DNA of 64,000 bases, from NCBI RefSeq assembly GCF_001949145.1, contig NW_019091357.1, positions 2,152,114 to 2,216,113 on the forward strand, read 5' to 3'. This DNA comes from Acanthaster planci (taxonomy: Eukaryota). Below the pieces are notes generated by a model. It searched no databases and was not told the origin of the DNA. It saw only the letters and a program-made list of their open reading frames with translations. Positions 26,794 through 39,185 of the stretch are shown here, piece by piece. A program made the translations under genes and the position numbers. Numbering within the stretch: position 1 is the stretch's first letter; the number at the start of each line of letters is the position of its first letter.

Positions 26794-28141
26794 CCTATAG
26801 GTCGGGAACAATCAGCCGGCCTGCACGATCGGTGGACTCGACGATGAAATTTACAACTTGACTTCCTTTTTTTACAACAAACTTTCACGTCAGGGAATTA
26901 GAACGACAAGTTTGAGAAGCTCTTCTTTATACGTATAGTTGCAAAGTGTGGCTTCAATTTGTAAAGAGTGGCCTCCTCGGTTTCCAAACTACAGTACCCA
27001 TATGTAAAATTAATGAAAACGTGCACTATCCCTCTATACATAATGAACAGATGATCATTACCACGGTATGGTACATAGACATGTGTACATGTACATGAGT
27101 ACATATTGAAAATGTACAAGCATACACCCTGTTCACCATACAAGAGACACACAATGATGCAGTAGACAGCACAGGGGCACACAATTAATGTAAACAGGTA
27201 TTGTTCCCCAGTGTTGTGTGTACAATATACCAGTGTGTATGCATACAATAGGCTTCATTTTGAAGTACACTTTAAATGCGTACACTACACTAAGGCACTG
27301 CAACAAGATGAATATGGACACCTTTAACCCTCCTGTCTGCCCACATGCTGTTTTGCATTTTTACCACCTAGGGCAGCCAATGCACCCTCCACCAGAAAAA
27401 AAGGGGGGGAATTTCCCAGAACTGCATGCTGTTTATTTGCGCCAAAATAGCCTGGGATTTTACAATGACTGGAGGAAAAAAAATGGTTTCGTACACGAGG
27501 GCACACCATTGTAAAATTTGGCAAGGCTGTCTCAAGGCTATCTAATAAATTAATTCAACGGCCAATTGGCAGTTCCAAAGAACTGTAAATTGTGTAGAAT
27601 CACACTGCATCAGGTTTTTATAATTTGTAAGACTGTTTGAGGCCCGCTGTTAAGAGTTTAGCAGAGTTCTAGTGCATTAAATGGATGTTAAAGCTTAGCA
27701 CCTGGCAAAACTAACACAAAATAGCAAGCAAAGTCATTGTTTCTGTACATTTGTTGGAAATAAACCATCAGCATCCAACAAGGAAAAAGAATTACACAAT
27801 AAAAAAATTGTTGGCAAAACTAAGTCTGGTACATGTGAACGAGACAGTGGCATTCTCACTCCCAGAAACTTGAAGCCAAATGACCACAAAAAACTTTAAA
27901 AATACAAACAATAATAGGAGCTTGTGTGCTTCAGTCAGCAGTAAAAACAAAAACGGTTAATTTACTAAAACTGACAGCACATGACTAACAATTTACATGG
28001 CAGCAGCTGAAAAATGTGCGCAGCTATGCATGGGCAGATAAAAAATTTTTACTCTGAATTGCAGGCTGTTTGGGCCAATTAGCGAGTGATTTTCCACCTT
28101 TTAAACTAGGAGAACCAGTATCTAAACTGATGTTTAGGAGG

Positions 28142-28155
28142 GTTGCCATGGCAAC
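28142..28155. promoter_or_regulatory. Perfect palindromic RFX X-box GTTGCCATGGCAAC
   Basis: Exact 14-bp consensus match in a PHACTR 5' intron; function untested. Confidence 0.55.
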
Positions 28156-28505
28156 ATTAGGAGGTGGGAGAGCCATGAGAGGATGGGCTGACTCATCATT
28201 GGATTATTACCATCTTAAGATGACACTTTCAGGGTAAAGGAATGCACAGTAGAAACCAACCGTGAGCAGGATGATGATTTCAAACCCTCTGGGATCATCC
28301 GTCTATGTATGTTCCTATGAACGTATCAAGATCGTCTCTTCTCAAATCCCGAAGGAGGTTCTTGACAGTTTGATGTCCCTTTGGTCCCCGTTTTAAGCAA
28401 CCACCGAGCAGAAACTATGGTGGTTTACGGCAAATTTGGGCACTAAAGCATGAATCGGCAAGGAGCCGATCATGAGGCAATACATTCAGCAAAGCATTTC
28501 AGCCG

Positions 28506-28613
28506 GTAACCCATTTCTGTAGCTGAGCAAATTACATACATGTAACCCATTTCTGTAGCTAAGCAAATTACATACATGTAACCCATTTCTGTAGCTAAGC
28601 AAATTACATACAT
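28506..28613. repeat. 36-bp minisatellite, 3 copies
   Basis: GTAACCCATTTCTGTAGCT(G/A)AGCAAATTACATACAT x3. Confidence 0.95.
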
Positions 28614-29920
28614 GCATTTTCAGGCTCAGCAAATTTGTATCCAATTTTTCAAGATTATGTAAACTTTGTGCCCAATTTTTCTTTACTTTCGGCATTAAAA
28701 GTATCAGAAATACAGTTAATTTTATATGAACAAAATGTATCATTTTCAAAATTAGACATAATTTCAAAGTTGGCTATGTCTTGATTCTAACTTAACGTGC
28801 AGCTTCTGTTCTATTGCTGTTGAATGTTATTAGCACACACTGACAAAGATCTGCATATTGTTCTGCACATGTGCAACACTGTTATCAACATAAAGTCAGT
28901 CTTCAAAGCGGGAAAGCTGTTGAAGGCATAATGTAGTCTCGCATGTGAATGTCACGGGCATGAAACTTGGCGAGTTGGAAGAGCCAGAGTCTGGTAACCA
29001 CAACGCACCTTCACACATCCCCAGAAGCTGTCGGCGTCAAGTCCATATACATGTAATTATAATGCAGCAGTGGACTGCGGTTCGCTTTACCTTGCCAGAA
29101 TAAGAATTTTCCGTTGGGTTAGGAAATAGCTTGTTAATGGAAACAGCAGGCACTCCGGGGGGGGGGGATTGGAGTTTTGGGGGAGAGGGCAGTGAGGGAT
29201 GAGGGAAAGCACACCGGTAAGTTTTTTTGTGAAGAATGTATTTAAATAAAAATGGTAACAAACTCAAAATTTACTCTTTTTAGCCAGGGCTGCCTCCCGT
29301 GCCTTCTTCCTACTGCGAGGTCTCCAGGATGCAAAAGACCATCGACTCCGCGATCGTTCCTTCATGACAATAACATGCAGTCAAGCAACAAGTAGGGAAT
29401 CCCCGATTTCTTTTTTAGGGTTTGCTCACTTTTTTTTTTTTTTGGAGGGGGGATATTTGGAAATTGGCAACGGACCAGCGTCGGCGTGGGTACAGTTCGT
29501 ACCAGACCTTGCACTTGGTGGACAATTGATAACTGGATCGGCCGATTTATTTTGGAGAACTTGGCTACGCTTCTGGAAAGAAAGAACAAATCCGGGAGGT
29601 TTCATGCAGTGGAAACCAAAATGATAAAACAAAGACAAAAGGAAAATTCAAAATCAAACTGGTGACAAGGGGTGAATGATGCAATTTAGGTGGCAACAAC
29701 AAATTTAATGTGACAAATCTTTCAACAATTTTGTCTTCCTCACGAGATCAGCCCAGAGCTCAACATTTTGTCCTGATAGTAAACCTCGTAAATCCTCCAA
29801 TGCTGTTGCCTTTTTGGGACAATAATGAACAGCAAGTGTATGCCCAATCCCCGTATCGGTGGCTTTCATCATGAATCTTAATAATTTAACTCCTTACATG
29901 TGCCCACAGTTTCAGTTTAA

Positions 29921-30163
29921 GGCCGTTTCCCAATACTCAATTTTGGCTCTGTCTCAGGCTTCAACTGTTTTTTTTACTGGCTGACTTTGAAGCTGTAAGT
30001 GCAGTAATCAGCCTAATTGTGCCACAGAACATCAAACAAGATGCAAGAAAGCCAAAAATTACAGTAATTCAATGTAATTCAAACGCTTCAGGCCCACAAT
30101 TGGGGATAGGATTTTGGAACGAAGCCTGAGACGGAGACGAAGCAGAGTATTGGAAAAACGGCC
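29921..30163. mobile_element. PIF/Harbinger (Tourist-like) MITE
   Basis: TIR GGCCGTTTCCCAATACTC / GAGTATTGGAAAAACGGCC, further inverted GTCTCAGGCTTC / GAAGCCTGAGAC, TAA on both flanks. Confidence 0.85.
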
Positions 30164-33100
30164 TAAGATTACACAGTATCCATCCAATCTTTAGAAAGGC
30201 TTGGTTGGGCTTATTGGGCTACATGGAGCAATTGGCTAAAGTAATGCAGTGGATTGGGTACAGTTCCAAACTGCACTCTTGAGGATTTTAAGTGCTTTTT
30301 AGGCCCCGTGTGCCAGTGAGTGACATAACGGTTGCCGCAAGCAGTGGTTGGTTTGGAGGATTTAGAAGATTTCTACAAGTGCAATGTACATGTACATGTA
30401 AATGCAAAAGATAACTGAGGAGATTATCTGCATACATGTACACAAGTTCATGAATACATACATTCAGAACCTGCTCCAACAGTAATACACCTGCGACTGA
30501 TATATGTACATTCCAACTTTGTCCGGGGGGGAGGGGATGTGAAGGGCCCAACTTTTGGCATGCCCATCTTGGGTTGGAAAAAACTGCTCAGTAAGCGCAC
30601 AGAGAAAGGACAATCAGTGTCCTGAAATTGCACTGGAAATACCAGATGTAGTGGTAAGTGAAAATAGCTAAACAAACCTAACTGTATTTATACTTTTGGG
30701 GGAAAAAAACCCCGATCCATTACAAAAAGAAACCAGGACAGGAGGGGAGAAAAATCCAAATCAGTTGAATGTGTAATGACATTAGTAATACTGGTACATG
30801 TACATAAAACAGCAATTTTGCTACCCCAGTCAAAACATCTAAACATTCAACCAAAAAAAAAACCTTTCTAAAAATCGACAACGGCCCAGTTCTCTCATTT
30901 TATTAAACTGCGCTCTTTTTTGAAGTAAATTCTAGCTGATAACCCAAGCTGGGCACCGGACCAAGTTGCAGCAGGGGACAAAGTTGGGATGAAATGTACA
31001 TGTACCTACCTACAGATGAAAGTGTTCGCGTGAAAGCAAACTGTGCAACAAGACCAAATTGTGTAGTTTCGTAAAATAAAACCACCACATAAAAATTCTA
31101 TTCCATTTATAGCCAAATGCTTCTGTTGTATGCTCCATGGGCATTCATTCAGGAAATTAAAGAACTAAACCAAAGAAGCTTGACAGAAAAAAGGTGAGGA
31201 AATGGTCAGTCATTTTGTTGGAATAAAAATAAACACAGGATGTGACAAAATACTACCTGTACGCTGTAAACAAGATGGCAATGACTCGGTGAAATGCGTG
31301 GATCACACAACTTACATACATATACGTATTCATAACCTATTACTGTAGAAAGCTTAAAAACTCAACTATACACGTAATTACATAAAGTAAGGTAACCAGC
31401 ACATATTTAGCAGTGTTCTAATCTGCTTGTCTGCACATTTTTGCCGTAATTTGTGAATTCCTGTTCTGCATGTACGTGGAAATCAGCATGCAGGCTATGA
31501 CTTGCATGTACAAGAAAATTCACGAAAAAGAGATTTCTGTTTTCGAATAAAAATCAATTTTAACGCCAGTACAATGTAAAATTTGGCGCCTATAAAAGAG
31601 AATAAGAATTCTCTGAAAAAAACAAAACAAAACAAGTGGTGCTCTATTGTTCCCCATACCCCATTGTTTCCTCTGCAAGCTCGCTCACCTGGCTTTTCCA
31701 TTTCATGAAGTAATGTAATTTGGGGCAAGGAAGTACCGGTGCAGGCAGAAATTTACAACCTATGGGGAAGCCACGGTCTCCTGCACTGTGATTTGTGTCA
31801 CACTTTACACGTATGTGCCAAACACAGGGGTCATATGCTACATTATCAAGTGCTGCGTTACATTTTACATATATATGATTTTGATATGTCCAAATTGGAT
31901 ATAGTCAACAGCCCTCTGAGTGACATAGCAAGGGGCGTGGAACCCATCGTTTTCCGTTTAAAAAAAAACGTACACTTTCTGTTTGAGATTTTCTTTCACT
32001 TCACTTCAACTACATGTACTGGAAGCATATATCCGAAAATGTAGCCAAACGTTTTTTTAATCAATCAAACTGTCAAGAGGTACATGTCAGCTGAACCATC
32101 TGTTATTCACAATTTTTTCCTAAACGATTTTCTGAAAAATTATAAACAAACTACCTCATGAAAATGAGTTGTCCAGTATGCCTGAGACACTTTGGATTTG
32201 TAAATTGTTCAACTGTTGACATGTTATCCATGAACAGGTATATCTCTTTTGTAATACACAGATGGAGTTCAAAATAACTGGCCGCAGACTCTCCAGATCT
32301 CTTTGTAGACTGTAAATGTACGTGTATGGTACTGTACACAGATATGTGCATGATGGCAGGTAGACACACTGATTACATGCCATGAAAGTGTTCAATGTGA
32401 AAAATTGATTTGTAGTTGTTGCAAGTTTGTCTTTCAACTTGTTTTCAATTTATGAGCGTGGGTATTAAAATAGAAATCGCCCCACTGACAATGAATAACA
32501 AGTTCTACACGAAGCTCAGTCATTTTGACAAAACAGAGAAATGCTTTAACATCTGAGAAGCATGCACGAACAATACATATTCAATGATATTGCAAGTAGT
32601 AACCATTTTGAGTGGATCATAAAAGTATGCTTGAGCAAATCTGTAAACAATGGAAAATACTAAAGGTCACACTTGGGCCAAACAGAGTTCTATTTCCTCG
32701 AAAGTCCAATTTCCGCACACATGTACATTTGGACACCTGTACATGGATACACGCTTCGTAAATCACATTTTTTGGCAAATACCATACCACTTCTGTTACA
32801 TCATATCTTAAAACATTGTCGACTTCTCGATGTCAAAACTGTTTGGACTTACAAGCTCTCCTGACTAGAAACCCTGCCGGAAGACGTTGGCGAATATCAG
32901 CATCACCAGCAGACACACAAGACACCCTTTTAGGAGCTAAATCCATAATTCAAATCGCTGAATTTTGGCAATGTTTTGGTCTCGTGTTTTTGACACAAGC
33001 TAAACCGTAACGACTGCCAAGCACAAGCTAACCCCGGAAGGATGCAGGAACCGGTCCAAGACAGTCCATAAAATTAGGGGTTCTCCTAAAATATCCACTT

Positions 33101-33267
33101 TCCAATTCCATGAACAGCAAAACCAAATGAATAACTTAATCCTGAATAAAACGATCAGTTACATTTCTAATACATTACAAATGAATAATATCACAAACAT
33201 AAAACAGAAAATGAGGACTACTGGGATATTTTTATGAACCTATCTACACCGAAACCAGAAGTCTTAC

Positions 33268-33292
33268 CTGTTTTAAGAATGGTATCGTCCAT
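33268..33292 (-). CDS. PHACTR: Candidate distal first coding exon of PHACTR, MDDTILKT(G)
   Basis: ATG, 8 codons + 1 nt, strong donor CAG|gtaaga in phase 1; lies just downstream of a CpG/CCAAT-containing promoter-like region. The core model from here is 416 aa. Confidence 0.6.
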
Positions 33293-34876
33293 CAGACATG
33301 TTGCTTTCTAACACACAACATACGCCGAGTCTGGGGAAATGACTCAGTGATAACCGAAATGTGAGCTCGTTTAAAGGTCCACCCACACCTCAAAGTCACT
33401 GCAAACAATACCCTAGCGAATCTAAACACCAAAACAGTTCCACACGTTGCAGTCCTCAGAACCTTATCCACAGAAATCGGGGCATTTCCTCGATCATGTC
33501 TATCCTTTCTAGGAACTGCTCAGACAAGCCACACGATATCGGACCGGCCAACTGCAAATTGTACAAGTGCGTTGACCTCGTAATTAAGCATCGGCATAGC
33601 CTGAGCGCTCTGATTGGTCTTCGCGATCGTACAATCAATATTTAACCACTTAACGTACCACATAATGCATTTAATTAAGTGCACCTGCGGTAGTAGCAGT
33701 TTGGCTTCGGAGAACAAATCGTATATCTCTTCCTCGTTCAAGTGAAATATTAATATGAACATAATTTGCTCGTGCCATTTGGCTAGTCTATTCTTGCCTG
33801 GCTTTTACTTGGGTAATGAGGGCGGGCTTTAAATGCCAAGCAAAGTCCATAGAGTCATGATAAACTGCCTGAAGTTCAGCAAAGCATTAATAGGCAATTA
33901 AACCGACCCCTGCCATTCCCTGCTGGTAATTTCCTGGCATATATTATTTCATTTTCAGCCTAAGTTTCTGGTACTTAACAGTATGAATTCTCTATACCGA
34001 CTTTGTGTGAGTTCAGGAATTTGAAATCAACAGAGCAGTGCAAAGGATCCCGAAGACAATTTTAAAGTGAAGAGTAAAGTGTTTTCCTTTACTTATGTGT
34101 TTCTTGTTTTTGTTTCTCTATAATGATCTCTCGATTTATATATTTGTACTGTTATTGTTTGCTTTTCCTGATCTTCACCAATATGGAAATACGCATCATA
34201 TTGAAATGAAAAAAAAAAGGTTTTTAAAAGAACCGTACTCGGGCCCGGGCAAGGACTGGGTCTTATCAGAATGATATATCAGGCAGTTCGTACATTCTCA
34301 CAAAGGAATTGTCTGACTTAAAAAATTGACCCCTCGCCGGTGGGAGCGAGATGGGTGGGGCCCGGTGTGAGGTAGCCGCGTAGTGGGCGTGTCCATGCAG
34401 GGGTGGTGTTGGAGAGGAAGAGGTTATCCTCGGGCATGCAGAGAATCTTTCCATCGTCACCCGGTTCCCAAATCGGACTCTGGGCCTATGGGAAGGGCAG
34501 AAGACCTTGTACAGATTTTAGTGAAAGAAATACGAGCAGCTACGAGAAGTGATAACCTCGCGGTCACAAGACGGGCACAATGTAGCCAATCACAGTGCAA
34601 AGCCGTCAGCCCCCCCCCCCCCCGCCCTCTTCGAGCGCTGGGCGCGAAGGAAAGCATTGTATTGGCGCTTGAGGGCGCCGGTAATCAGAAATGCAAAAAC
34701 CATGGAAGAAAACACAGAAAAGCCTCCCTTTTGCGTTCCTTCCTCCATGTCCAAATCAACCACTTAATAAACGAACAGGCTCGAAGCCGGGGGGGGGGGC
34801 TGGCGAGATACTTCGGCAAAACCACAGGAGTCAAAATTACCGTTCTGCTGACCATGGAGCTATTAATAAACCTTTT

Positions 34877-35116
34877 GGGGAGCAGGTCAACGTAGCGGTT
34901 CTTTCCTCGCTTTGCACCAATAACCTCGGGTTCGAGTCCCTGTTTAGCCCACGCAGTGACGGTATTTTGAGTTGGTATCTACTCCGACTCGCTCTTGCAC
35001 TGGCACTGTGTACTCCGGTTTCCTCCTGCCTCTAGAACTGGACCTTCTTCCTAACTCTGTAATTTGATGCTGATTATTCAAGTGTATGAATAAATAGCGC
35101 AAATAGCGCAAATAGC
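34877..35116 (+). mobile_element. tRNA-derived SINE with V-domain-like core and tandem-repeat tail
   Basis: GGGGAGCAGG head, B-box GGTTCGAGTCC 34929-34939, TACTCCGGTTTCCTCC 35011-35026 (V-SINE hallmark), (AAATAGCGC)n tail. Confidence 0.75.
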
Positions 35117-35499
35117 CTGAGTTGCTGAAACTGCCATTAAAACAAAACAACACTGAAAAGTTAAAGCCTTTTCCATGTTGTGACGTGCCCCCTAGAAATT
35201 TAAGTTGCCTGAAAGAGTTGCCTGCAACACCCAAACGACTACCATTCAACCTATTCGGTTGCATTCAGTTGGGTGCTAATCGCATTTGGCTTTTCTCAAT
35301 ACTGATGAAGTTTTGTTGAAAAGTTGATGGATGATTTTAGTTTTTTGTAAATCCAAATTAATGCCCCCTCCGCGCTGATAAGCCACTGTAAATGTGTCTT
35401 ACACGCATGGCCATTGGTAGAAATCGATGTGGTTTATCCAATCGTAGCTGCTCTTTCATTTTTTACGGCATAATTAAAAATGCGCATGCTCAATTTTGG

Positions 35500-35554
35500 A
35501 CAAGTAATTTGAACTTTCACCCGGACGTCTGCGATCGAGCCGAACGTTTTTCAG
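35500..35554 (+). other. MAPRE: Probable non-coding first exon of MAPRE (start approximate)
   Basis: CpG-rich segment ending in donor CAG|gtacgg, downstream of CCAAT and NRF1-like motifs; the ATG exon has its own acceptor at 44320. Confidence 0.5.
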
Positions 35555-35829
35555 GTACGGTTTATCTTTTCTCTGTAAAAATGATCTTTCTTTCCACTTA
35601 TAGTATCGTTAGAAATGGGATTGAAGTTCACGAATTTGTGAAAAAATTTCAAGCATTGTCACTTTTGTGACATATAACGTATTTCTGAAAACTGTTTTCG
35701 CTGTAGTGAATGCATCTGTCACTGTCATGTCAGACGATCATGACGATTTGAATTGAATACCGACTCTACCCGTGTTTTCGTCATTGTGGTTAATTTAATG
35801 GAAAAGGCTGTAAAACCGACACTGAATGC

Positions 35830-36223
35830 GGGATTGTAAACTTGGGACCCCCACTGTTTTTTGTTATTTTAGTCTTGCAAAACTGGTAAGTCCCCCCAAA
35901 AACAAAGGCTACGCTCTCCTTATTGCACTGACCCTATTTTGGGGAAATTTCAAATTGTAAATTGTGAGAAAATGTGACTATTTTACTGAAAAACCAGCCG
36001 TGCAGATTTGAATCCACCATGTGTTCTGTTCACAGTTTCCCCTTAAAACTCAAAACCCTACCCTTTTTTGACAACATCAACCCTACAGTTATCATGGTTA
36101 TTGAGCACAGTCACAGTCATCTACCAAGGTCAGCTCAGAAGGTGAATTCAAAAGTTAAAATGTAGCTCTCCTGTCTAATACATGTAGGAACAGGCAGGAC
36201 AGGGTCCCCAAATTTACAATCCC
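35830..36223. mobile_element. MITE-like element with ~21-bp TIR
   Basis: GGGATTGTAAACTTGGGACCC / GGGTCCCCAAATTTACAATCCC. Confidence 0.65.
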
Positions 36224-36341
36224 CCTGAATAGAATGAGAATACCGTTAGTCGCCGTCACTAGTGTTAAAGCATGCCAAACTTTGCATTATCAGGAAGGTG
36301 ATCCGATGCACCAAACTTGCAACTAAAACAATGAGACATGA

Positions 36342-36427
36342 GGGTCCTACCCTAGAACTGTGGGGTCCAATGTCCGCCCCGCTTGAGCTCAGATGTCGGA
36401 CTCCGCAGTTCTGGGGGGTAGGTCCCA
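36342..36427. mobile_element. ~85-bp palindromic miniature element, copy 1
   Basis: CTACCCTAGAACTGTGGGGTCCAA ... GGACTCCGCAGTTCTGGGGGGTAG; homologous copy at 36681-36761. Confidence 0.8.
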
Positions 36428-36669
36428 AGTTGTGGAACTCGCTAGACCTTATCATTAACAAATAGGCCTTGGCCGGTATCCAGCCCATCGTTGTAAATAT
36501 GGAAACCGATTAACTCTCATGGGGTTACAGATCCTATTCATATTCATGTCTTCCTTTTATTATAATAATGAAACAAAGTCTACCATTTTTCAAACAACTT
36601 ATCTTGTTGGTAATGTCTTCTTTCATAGCAGAAAGAAAAGAGAAGAGGGCCCTGGGTTTTGAGGGTAGT

Positions 36670-37328
36670 CAGTAGAGGTGTACCCCCAGACCTGTGGGGT
36701 CCAATGTTTGTCCCAATTTGTGGGAGCAGGGCGGACGTTGGACCCCACAGTTCTGGGGTAGGTAGAGGTGCACATCACAACTCAGAGACTGTCCCATTTG
36801 GAGAAGTCCCTTTATTTGAAGACGAATCCTGTCCCCGAAAAAAGAATGTCCCCCTAAATGGGGACAGTTATTTTTCAAGTGGGCTTAGGGATCCAACCAT
36901 TGCCCTGGGGATCCTGTTATTAATGCCATAATTGGATTCAGGAGAAAAAACACCCACCGCTGCCTTTGAAAAAAAATTCTACTGTTTACTTCTAGGATTA
37001 CAAGCAGGAGTCTGCAATGGGACAGAAATGGTGGGAAAGAGACCATATCAGTACAATTTTTCCGAATATCAATCCTTTACGTGTAGTTTGAGTGACATGG
37101 TGCAAAGTTCATTAAAAAACAACTTAAATAACTTATATGAATGGAAAATATGGGAGAAAAAGTTGATACTACAACTTGTGAATATTTTTGACCCAATCCC
37201 ACTTGGGAAAAATGTCCCCTTGGAAGGAGACATTCTCTGAGGCCTGAGGGGACTGGTTTTATCTCCAAATAAAAGGACTTCTCCACATTTAGGGACAGTC
37301 TCTGAAGTATGTTGTGCACCTCTCACTG
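36670..37328. mobile_element. MITE with ~100-bp inverted arms, carrying a nested palindromic insertion (36681-36761) in its left end
   Basis: AGAGGTGCACA...TCAGAGACTGTCCC...GGAGAAGTCC mirrored by GGACTTCTCC...GGGACAGTCTCTGA...TGTGCACCTCT; insertion flanked by GTAGAGGTG duplication. Confidence 0.8.
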
Positions 37329-38726
37329 GTAATCACGGAGTATGGCATTCCAGATGCGACAAAGACCTGTGAACCAAGACAAATTAGTAAAAGCAGTCAG
37401 GTTTCTTGACCTGAATGAAGATTTGTTTTGACATACATTGATATCCACAACGGCCGGGTCTGGTAACCAGACGTGAAACAAAATGGTGTGGTCCCACTGA
37501 GTGGTTGTCTGTCCCCAAACTTGGGTGAGAAAATTGTGGCTCTCTTGCATGGAATATGGTCAGAATTTACGTTTGTGTACCTGACTTAAGCTATTGGAAT
37601 TAAGGAATGGATCCTCAAAGTCTAAACGTCAGTTACACAGTGTACAGGTGTAATTTGTTTTCTTGTTTTAGGAACAGGGTGCTAATGAACACCGCAATTG
37701 TGGTGTCTGAAAAAATCTCAGGTTCTGTGTTCCACTTATGGGCATCACTGACAGTGTTACAGTGTTACTACATGTACATGTACATGAATGTGACTACAGT
37801 GACTACAGTGATATTTCCTTGTTGTGGCAATGTTTTTTAGCCATCGGAATATTGAAATGATTGAGGCATTCATTAGAAAACATTTTCCAGACAATTTCCA
37901 GACCATCCGGTTTGTGTACAGGATGGAAATATTTCCATGTAGGCCCCCCCCACAGACGCCACTTGACACCCTTTGCCCAATGAGAGTGGTCCCAAAATAT
38001 TGCAATTTCAATTCAACAACAATATTTATTTGAAGAGTTTTCTGATGAATACCTACATGTGCGTAGAACGTTTCACAACTGAACTTGACTTTTCAGGACA
38101 TTCTCTTGCCAGCAGATGGCTAATAGGACACTACGAGAAAAAGAGAAAATAGTGGCATTTGTGAATGGAATTGTTTCCCACGTGGTGTCAAGGGATGCAT
38201 GTGTGGAACTCCTGTTTTTTTTTCATCATGTTTTATTCAGTATTTGACCATGAACTGGTTCCTGTTGTTGTTGTAGATTCATGGCTCATATGGCAGACTG
38301 GTACCCTGCGTGCCACAAGCAGTATAGTCAGCGTCACTCTAGGCGGTTTGGATAATCATCTCACATTCTGTAAAAATGTACAAAGGAGAGAGAAAAGATA
38401 TCCAAGAGAAATGTATCGGACAGTTAAAGGAGTCTGCAGAAATGATTGTTGGCTCCTGGTTCCTGCATTGTACTGGTTGTCCTAACAGAAAGCATTCCAT
38501 ATACAATGTACAGTACATACATGTACATGTACACAGACAGGCTGGTGGGAAGTGAGCTCATGCACGGGCCCGGCTCACATGCAAAGACCATATATTCCAA
38601 CATAAAGTAATTGGGCTTACTCTCTGCATCCCGTACAAAACCCACATAAACCTTCGCACTCGTGCAGTGAGTTCCCACCAAAGGGATAGAGTGCATACCA
38701 TTGCTTTTCATAAGTTTGCTTTTAGT

Positions 38727-39185
38727 CAGGCTGTGCTGAATATCCAAATATTCGATCAATTATCGAATATTCGAATACTGTTTTCCACATTTGAATGTTC
38801 GAATGCAAAATTCATGAAAAGGAAGGGAGAATTTTTTATGTTTTAAATGAGAAAAATTGCACTATGGAGGCTTGTTTCAAGCAGATTCAAATGAAAAGCA
38901 ACAGAAATCTTACAATGATTCAAAGAGTAAATTATTCAACAATTTCCAAGCAACAGAAATTTTATTCGTCTCCTATATCTTGCTAAATCGTGGCTTGAGA
39001 TGCTCCTAGACATGAGAAGCTATAATAGTGATTATAATGTACAATTGTAAGCATTTTTGCAACTGATTTTTTATATGTTTTGTTCATTAACAATCTGCGG
39101 GGTGGTATGACCGAATATATGGATATTCAATTGAATTGAAGGTCAAATATTCAAAGAGTGAATTATTCAAATTGACTCAGCCCTT
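38727..39185. mobile_element. Degenerate hAT-like MITE
   Basis: Ends CAGGCTGTG... / ...ACTCAGCCCT with subterminal GAATATTCGA-type repeats at both ends; no clear target duplication. Confidence 0.5.

Larger units (their letters stand above)
33300..35554. promoter_or_regulatory. Divergent promoter region between PHACTR and MAPRE
   Basis: CpG-rich patches, CCAAT/ATTGG boxes (~33613, ~34586, ~35413, ~35438), NRF1-like TGCGCATGCT 35481-35490; outward-facing splice donors at 33267 (-) and 35555 (+). Confidence 0.6.

Noticed and set aside
28506..28613. 36-bp direct repeats resembling a CRISPR repeat length
   Set aside because: Head-to-tail with no spacers, in eukaryotic intron; it is a minisatellite.
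34383..34895. 170-aa ORF between the divergent genes
   Set aside because: GC-rich promoter-like DNA with homopolymer runs, no recognisable domain or splice structure, runs into a SINE.
34877..34945. tRNA-like sequence with B-box
   Set aside because: No complete cloverleaf; continues into a SINE body and tail. The B-box at 7241-7251 is rejected as a tRNA for the same reason.
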